Shown: positions 57,901-64,000 of the stretch, one piece after another
How positions within the stretch are numbered: the stretch's first letter is position 1
Layout: each line of letters starts with the position of its first letter
Assembly (NCBI GenBank): GCA_905178155.1
Contig: CAJINV010000004.1
Coordinates: forward strand, 528,969 to 592,968
DNA: 64,000 nucleotides
Source: Amoebophrya sp. A120
Lineage: Eukaryota; Protista; Dinoflagellata
Direction: 5' to 3'
Position numbers and translations under genes: made by a program
The notes under the pieces: generated by a model
Told to the model about the DNA's origin: nothing
The model's input: only the letters and a program-made list of their open reading frames with translations
Database searches by the model: none

Positions 57901-60900
57901 AACCAGATTTGTCGATGCAAAAATATTGCATACGATTTTAATTACGACGAGTACGATCCAATTTTTGCAGAGGATACGGACTGCGGGTGGTTAATTCCGC
58001 CGAGTCAGACGCATAAGATCCTGTACTATAACCAAGGCGTGTCGCAAAACAGCACCACCTCGGCCGGGCTCGGAATCCCGCCGAAAAAAAAGTCGCTCGC
58101 GAGCCACCTGCAGAACGGGCTGGTGTGCAAGTTACCGGTGAAAGAGGTGCTGAAACGAAAGGAGATGGAGCACAAGACCGAGCAGGAGCAGCTGAACAAG
58201 AAGCAGCAGCGCGCGGAGGCAATGGACAAGCAAACGCAGCAGCAGCAGGAGGTGCAACAGAAATTGCAGGACGACCAGAAAAAGCAGCTTGAAATGACGC
58301 AGAAGGAGGTGACGAACAAGCAGAGCGACCGTATGAAGCAGGTCAAAGAAATTTTGGACAAAAAGGGGGAAACCGACACGCAAGCCGATTCGGAGATCGA
58401 GGCCTTGAAAAAGCAAAGGGCAGAGCTTATGGTGTGATTCTCAGCTGGAACCATCTCCCATGGAGCATGATTTTGTGATGAAAACGAAATGCCGAGGATG
58501 ACCTGTCATCTACACTGCCATGGAGCGTAGCATGGCAAATCTCTTCGCCTTGACATCCAAGAGCCCGCATTGACAGCTATCCCCTTCGCATCGATTTAGT
58601 CGTGCGCAGCTGAAGCACACGGAAGCAGCTGCAAAGAAACTTTTCTGCTTGTGCCCCTTAATCCATGCAAGACAAATTTACGTATTGTGCTCTACATTTT
58701 TTTTGTCGGTTCAAGATGAGATTGTTTCAGCTGAGCAGGGCATAAAACTGGAGGAAAAAGCAGCGCTTGAGAAAGTAAAAGCGATGGCGGCCAAGGCACA
58801 CGAGGAAAAATCCAAAGAAGAATGGATGAAAAACAAACGTAGTGACTTTTGTACTTCTTGTTAACTCGATTTGATGAAAAATCTTGGTCATGCTACTCCC
58901 TGTCCCTTGTTTACAGGAATCGCAATGACTTTTTGCGTCTTTTTGTCAATGTTTTCATTCCGGGACCACGAGCTTCATCCATCATCAACATTGTCTACTC
59001 ATATTATTGACCGCGCGCAATTATATCAAACAGAAAACCTCGCGGCGAAGTCGCAGGAGATGAAGGCCTTGACAAATTTAGCCCGGAAGCAGGAGGAAGA
59101 AACGCTGAAGGAGCAGCGCATGATGGAGAGCACTATGAAATGCAAAAATGTCTGGGTCAGTCTCAGTCTGGAAGGATTCGACCTTGTGATGCTGTCTTTG
59201 GATTCCAAAAAAGTCTGTATTGCATGACCAGCAAAAGGAGTCCAGTTTGTGCTACGCGGAGAGGGCATTTCTCATGCGGAATAGGCATCAGGAAGCCTTC
59301 TAAAAGTCTGTGATGCTAGGTCATGCATGACAGGCATCATGGATCATGCAAAACATGCATGACAAACCTGGCACTCTTCCAGACCCAGACATTTTTACGA
59401 TCCATAAGCACGCAGAAGACGCAAATGCGGTCCAACGAGAACGACCAGAAAGTGCAGACGCGGCTAGATGAGATCGCTACCAAGGAGCAGATATGCATTT
59501 TCGCAAGACAAGTATCATACTGCTAGGAATAACTGCACTGCAACTTGTAAAGAATTCTACGCAAGAACGAGATATCAGAGCGGCACGGGCACTTGCTTGT
59601 CCTGGTTTAGGGAGCTGCAGAGAAGATTTGTGATGGAAGATTGCAAGAGTTCCGACGCGTGTGATGCTGTATTTGCAAAAATCCATAGCACATGAAAAAG
59701 CGCGCCGAACAAAACAGCAAAGCCACGAGCGTGGTGCAGGTGAAGCTCCAAAAGGAGGAAGAGACCAACGAGAAGGACACGAAGAGTGTGCAAAACGACC
59801 TGAAGACAAAAGAAGAAAAGAACAAGGAAACCTTGGCGAAATCCATCCAAAAGAAGCAAACCGCCGAAGCGCAGTCGAAGCAAGCGGTCGCTGCGCTGGA
59901 AAAATCCATGCAGCAGCAGGAGTCGGTGGATAAACAAAGTATTCGGGACGCGATCAAACGGAAGAATCAAGCGGAAGTGGATGATAAGGATCAACTGAAG
60001 ACGACGGAGGATATGATCCTGTGCATAAGTATAATCGTATTAAGTAGTAGCAAAAATAGCATGACAAATTTCATAGTCAGCAGGAGAAATGCAATGTGTA
60101 ATGCGTATTTGCCTTGAGAAAGAGATATATGAATGCGATTAGTACGAGTGCAATACTTGTGCAATTCATAGAGGAAGACAACAAACAGAAGCTGAAGGCC
60201 AAGGAGACCGCGACCAAGGCAAAGATGAAACAAGCGGAGCAAGACCAGAAGACGAAGATGAAGGACACCGAGACGGGCTACAAGGAAAGTCAAAACACCA
60301 CCGAAATGAAGATGAAGCAGGTATCAAATGCAAAAATGTCGGGGTCTGGAAGAGCCAAACTTGTGATGCTGCATTTGGATGCCAAAAAAAGCTGTATTGC
60401 ATGCGCATGCATGTTGACCAGCAAGAGGATTCAAATTTGGCTACCTGTCATGCTGGTCGCGGAGAGGGCATTTGTCATGCTGGATGCGCATAGATAAGCG
60501 CTCAAAAAATCTGTGATGCTATGGCATACATCACAGAAGTCATGGATCATGGAAAATGTCCACGACAAAGTTGTGCTCTTCCAGACCCAGACATTTTTGC
60601 ATTTGATGACAGGCAGAAGAGGACGACAAGGAGCGCATGAAGGTCACGGAAGAGGGATACAAGCAAAACATCACCTATGGGGTTCTCAAACGTTACATTC
60701 TCAACTGTTACATGGATTTGTGACGCAAGAATGGCAACAGTCAAAGGGACAAGCTTGCTGCTTTCGCATCACAGATTTGGTACAGATTTAGATGCTGCCC
60801 AGCCTCTCGGAGATTTGTCATGCGAAGCAGCTTGATCACGTGGCGGCTTAAGGTAGTCTTGCATTACAGATTCATGTAACAGTTGAGAATGTAACGCTTG

Positions 60901-63900
60901 AGAACTCCATATCACCTTGTCCATGAAGCGCACAGAGGAGCTGAACAAGGAGCAGTACAACACCATCGACGAGTATAAAAGGAAAAATGGCGGGTTGGTG
61001 TGACGTTTTTGAATTTTTAGGAACAGCATCTTCACAGACTTTTTTTGCATGAGAAAGAAACCTGTCTTCACATGCGTCGTTTCCTGGACATTAGAGTCAA
61101 AAATACGTACGACTACGAAACTAGCCCACGATGCATTTGTTCCAGCACGATGATACAAGTGTAGTAACCTCCGTTTTGCGCCGTCAACAACTGCAACACA
61201 ATAAAGTTACACTTGCTCGGTTTTTTTCTGCCATAACCAGATGCGGCAGAACATGACCTACAGCCACCACGCAAAAATGATCGCGGAGGAGTACGACCTC
61301 CTCAAACGTTACAATCTCAAACGTTCCAATAGAGTCTGGATTTTGTCTTGCATGAGATTGAGAAGCATGAGACACGTGCATAGCCTTGCGCTTTTCGCAA
61401 TACAAAGCTCGCCGGATTTGAGCGCGATTTGGGGCTCCAAGACTTGTCATGCGCAATCCTGTAGGCGGACTACCACCTAGGCTAAGTCATGCCTTTCTTG
61501 CGTCACAGATTTCTGTAAATTCTTTTGCAATGTAGACTGTAACAGCTGAGCAAGTGATAGGGAGCAACGCGACAAGGCGGTCGGGAGACAGGTGCAGGAG
61601 CGGCTGACCAATATCGGGAAAAGCTTCAGCTACCGGCTTGCCTGGCACCGCAACCACAGCAGCAGTCTGGCGATGAAATATTTCAAGGAGATGGCGGACT
61701 GGCAGCAGATGGAGGCGGAAACCCGGGAAAAGCTGGCCTATCGGACCAGGAAAAGCACCCGATCACAGCAAGAACGAGCGACAGTTTATCAGAATGAGTG
61801 ATGCAGTTGCAGATGCAGACCGAAAATACGGGAACAAAAATTGAAATTCAGAGTCGCGCATGTAGTAGCATTTCGTTTTGCAAGTTTTGTTAACGAAACG
61901 CGCATGGAAGTGAGTACTCTGTATACATAGAAATATCTTCTGAAACAGAACCAAGAAACCACCGATCCATTCGCAGTGGGCACTGCAACGACCATCTTGA
62001 TCTTGCGTAATAATGATAAGCAGAGTTGTACTACTGACGAGACGATCATGATCCACTAAGTCAGCCCTCAGCTTGACTACAAATCACCGCTATGATTGCT
62101 GGTGCTTTTCGCTCTGATATTTCCGCAGTATCCGCGAACGCCTCGATGGCGCAACAGGTGGAGGCAGAGAAGAAAGAAGAAAACCGAAAAGTCCTACTAG
62201 GTATAATTGAGTTGTATATATAGCGTCACTGCACTACTTTCTCAATACTAATCTTTATGATAGATCATGGAAGTGAGACGAGTGGTGTGAAACAGCACGA
62301 AGCTCAACATGTGAAGGTGAAAGCAAAGCTGAAGCTCAAACAAGATAAGTACAACTTGGTGTTCTACTCCTGTTCGAATCCAAAGCAGCGAGCTGTGATC
62401 GTGCCGCTTTTACCATATTTCCGAGTAGACGATCTTCCGCAGGAAGAAAAATTCCTCGTGGTTCATTGAAATTGAAAAAAACGCAGTATCAAGAGAAGGA
62501 ACAAAATCATCACGAGAAGTACAATCAATCGTAAAAATCTATCAATCGTCAGAGCTTCAGGAGAAAACTACCGCGGAAGATAAGGAAAAGACCGACTTGG
62601 AGGTAAAGCGAAAAAAGCAGTCCAAGGCGAAGCAGTCTATCGTACGAAAAAAGTGTTTCACTGTAAGGATTTTGCAAGTTTTGCATCACAACTTCGTTCT
62701 ACCAAGTTTGTTCTACATGACAGAGAAAACTTGCCATGCGAGGTTCCTAAGGGAAAACACAGCTACAAATCGACTGTCTTGCATGTGTCGCAAGACAAAC
62801 ACTTCTGAGTATACATTTTCTGCATTACAAGTTTACAGCGAAACAGTTTTTTCTTGCGATACAGTCCGCAAAGCGCGCAATCTCGATTCTCGCCGACATG
62901 ATGAAGAAACATGCGCAGGGGCTGGTCGACGACAAGACGCTGAAAAAGGCGGAAATGGACAAAAAAGAGAAAGAGGGCGCAGTTTTATGATCCCGGAGAA
63001 AAGAAACGATAGCATTTCGACGCAAAATATGAGTTTGTAATGGAAGAGTAAACAACACGATCGCAAAAGCTACATCGACCTTGTTGCGTTGCATACTCTA
63101 AGCAGCAGGATGTTCTGACTGTGTGCTTTCCCATGTTGGCATTCTTTTTTGCGTGTGGCTTGTTTTTTTCTGGCGAATCGATTGTCGAGTGACCTGCTTA
63201 GTTTTTTTCTGTGCGATACGCTTCGCGGTGGGTAAAGGATATGGCGTCGATGATCACGGGCAAACCGAATATCAAATGTAAAAATGTCTGGGTCTGGAAA
63301 AATGCAAGTTTGTCATGCTTGTCTGGCATGACTCTTAAATCTGTCATGCACATTACCAAAGAGTCCCACTTTTCTGTCATGCAGAAACGTAGTTTGTCAT
63401 GCAGAATAGGCAGCACCTAGAAGCTCAGGAACTTGTCATGCTGATCCAGCAATTGTGGCCTCCTCATGATATGCCACACAGCATCACAAATTTCCAGACC
63501 CAGACACTTTTACACTTGATACCCAATAAGCAGCGGCAACTGGAGATAACCGTGAAAGAAGAAATATGGCGTTCTCAACTGTTACATTCTCAACTGTTAC
63601 ATGGATTTGTCATGCAAAAGCACCACTATCATCCTCACGATCAAGCTGCTTCGCATGACAAATCTGCGGAGGGCTAAATAGCACTGTAATCCTTCCCAAA
63701 TCTGTAATGCAAAAGGCGCAATCTTCCTCCTTTCACTATTGCCCTTCTTGCATTACAAAGTCGTGTAACAGTTGAGAATGTAACATTTGAGAACGCCATA
63801 AGAAAAACGCGTGAAAGAATCCGCTGCCAACTACACCATCGCTGCTCGGGCGGCCTACAAGGCGGAGATCTTGCAGAAGCAGCTGCAGGAAAAGCAGACG

Positions 63901-64000
63901 AAGCAGCTGTCGCGGACTCTTGAAACTTTGAAGAAATCGGAGCTCGAAAAGGGCACAAAACTGAAGGGCCTCGCCGAATCGAAGCAGAAGGAAACTGCGC
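54743..64000 (+). CDS. Gene 4 (3'-partial, start uncertain): secreted protein with a Thr/Ser/Gly/Ala-rich region, a small Cys module (C..C..W.G..PPGC..YYN..C) and a long Lys/Glu/Gln coiled coil
   Basis: Inferred exons: (54464/54743/54875)-55378, 55573-57257, 57554-57766, 57981-58426, 58749-58838, 59034-59132, 59411-59490, 59692-60010, 60175-60320, 60613-60674, 60916-60972, 61240-61290, 61564-61785, 62124-62200, 62264-~62348, ~62552-62636, 62866-62984, 63223-63268, 63526-63563, 63805->64000. Hydrophobic segment SSLYLLLSGATMLQSSFAVVL. The junction at ~62349-62551 is unresolved. Confidence 0.72.
55380..55568. mobile_element. Degenerate introner, C-like (189 nt)
   Basis: Right end gatacttttgcagtggata; frame restored. 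Confidence 0.68.
57259..57549. mobile_element. Introner, family A (291 nt)
   Basis: DR gtatt/gtact. Confidence 0.86.
57768..57976. mobile_element. Introner, C-like (209 nt)
   Basis: DR cgggc/cggac. Confidence 0.84.
58428..58744. mobile_element. Introner (317 nt)
   Basis: IR ctcagctg/cagctgag; DR gagct/aaact. Confidence 0.78.
58839..59033 (+). other. Canonical GT-AG intron (gene 4); another at 62201-62263
   Basis: GT..YAG, frame restored. Confidence 0.7.
59134..59406. mobile_element. Introner, family A (273 nt)
   Basis: DR agcac. Confidence 0.93.
59492..59687. mobile_element. Degenerate introner (196 nt)
   Basis: DR gcaga/gcaca. Confidence 0.8.
60012..60170. mobile_element. Introner, family C (159 nt)
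   Basis: DR gagga. Confidence 0.87.
60322..60608. mobile_element. Introner, family A (287 nt); gives GT-AG intron 60321-60612
   Basis: DR gcagg/acagg; terminal ATA mutated to ATG. Confidence 0.9.
60676..60911. mobile_element. Introner, family G (236 nt)
   Basis: ~38-nt TIR; DR tcacc. Confidence 0.93.
60974..61235. mobile_element. Degenerate introner (262 nt)
   Basis: DR acgag/accag. Confidence 0.75.
61292..61559. mobile_element. Degenerate introner, family G-like (268 nt)
   Basis: DR aggag/gggag. Confidence 0.78.
61787..62119. mobile_element. Degenerate introner (333 nt)
   Basis: tatcaga/tctgata; DR lost; frame restored. Confidence 0.58.
62638..62861. mobile_element. Introner, family J, reverse (224 nt)
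   Basis: DR cagtc; reverse complement of the 34470 family. Confidence 0.9.
62986..63218. mobile_element. Degenerate introner (233 nt)
   Basis: DR agttt/cgctt; frame restored. Confidence 0.62.
63270..63521. mobile_element. Introner, family A, reverse (252 nt)
   Basis: Reverse-complement sister of 4255-4506; DR ccgaa/cccaa. Confidence 0.93.
63565..63800. mobile_element. Introner, family G (236 nt)
   Basis: DR agaaa. Confidence 0.92.

Noticed and set aside
4189-63677. Short ORFs with recurring peptides such as SNAKMSGSG, FQTQTFLHLI and PDPDIFAFD
   Set aside because: These are translations of the family A terminal repeats, not genes.
2123-63800. Ciliate-type IES (DNA elimination) or group I/II self-splicing introns
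   Set aside because: The ends are not TA-only IES ends, there are no group II GUGYG/AY termini or conserved catalytic core, and the G|T bias points to RNA splicing. DNA-level excision is disfavoured but cannot be fully excluded from sequence alone.
1-64000. Genes as pseudogenes disrupted by MITEs
   Set aside because: Exons stay open and in frame across ~85 insertions of very different ages, including copies with fully decayed DRs, which implies continued selection.
1-64000. tRNA, rRNA or spliced-leader genes
   Set aside because: No recognisable cloverleaf, rRNA segment or dinoflagellate spliced-leader sequence was seen by eye; a covariance search was not possible.

Overview
Eukaryotic (alveolate) genomic DNA. 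The architecture matches, from memory, the parasitic dinoflagellate Amoebophrya (A120-type genome); this assignment is not verified. The window holds four long, co-oriented (+ strand) genes for predicted secreted/surface proteins. Gene 1 (<1-20873) is a giant mucin with ~27 SEA-like repeats and poly-Thr linkers, >4900 aa in the window. Gene 2 (23709-44563) is a mucin with related repeats plus a CAP/SCP domain, ~2910 aa. Gene 3 (46054-52258) is an acidic/Pro-rich protein of ~987 aa. Gene 4 (~54.7k->64000) is a Thr/Gly-rich plus coiled-coil protein. The main feature is that the reading frames are interrupted by ~85 MITE-like elements from >10 families. Most begin TAT-N7-AAA and end TTT-N7-ATA, have terminal inverted repeats, are flanked by a 5-nt direct repeat (DR), and carry several GCATNACA(A/G)A motifs. 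Removing each element plus 5 nt, together with ~10 ordinary GT-AG introns, restores continuous ORFs; the predicted coding lengths of genes 1-3 all come out divisible by 3. Most of these introns cannot be GT-AG. Copies occur in both orientations, keep the same excision geometry after their DRs decay, and host nested Helitron-, Helentron- and retroposon-like insertions. All splicing is inferred from DNA only; no transposase gene is present.
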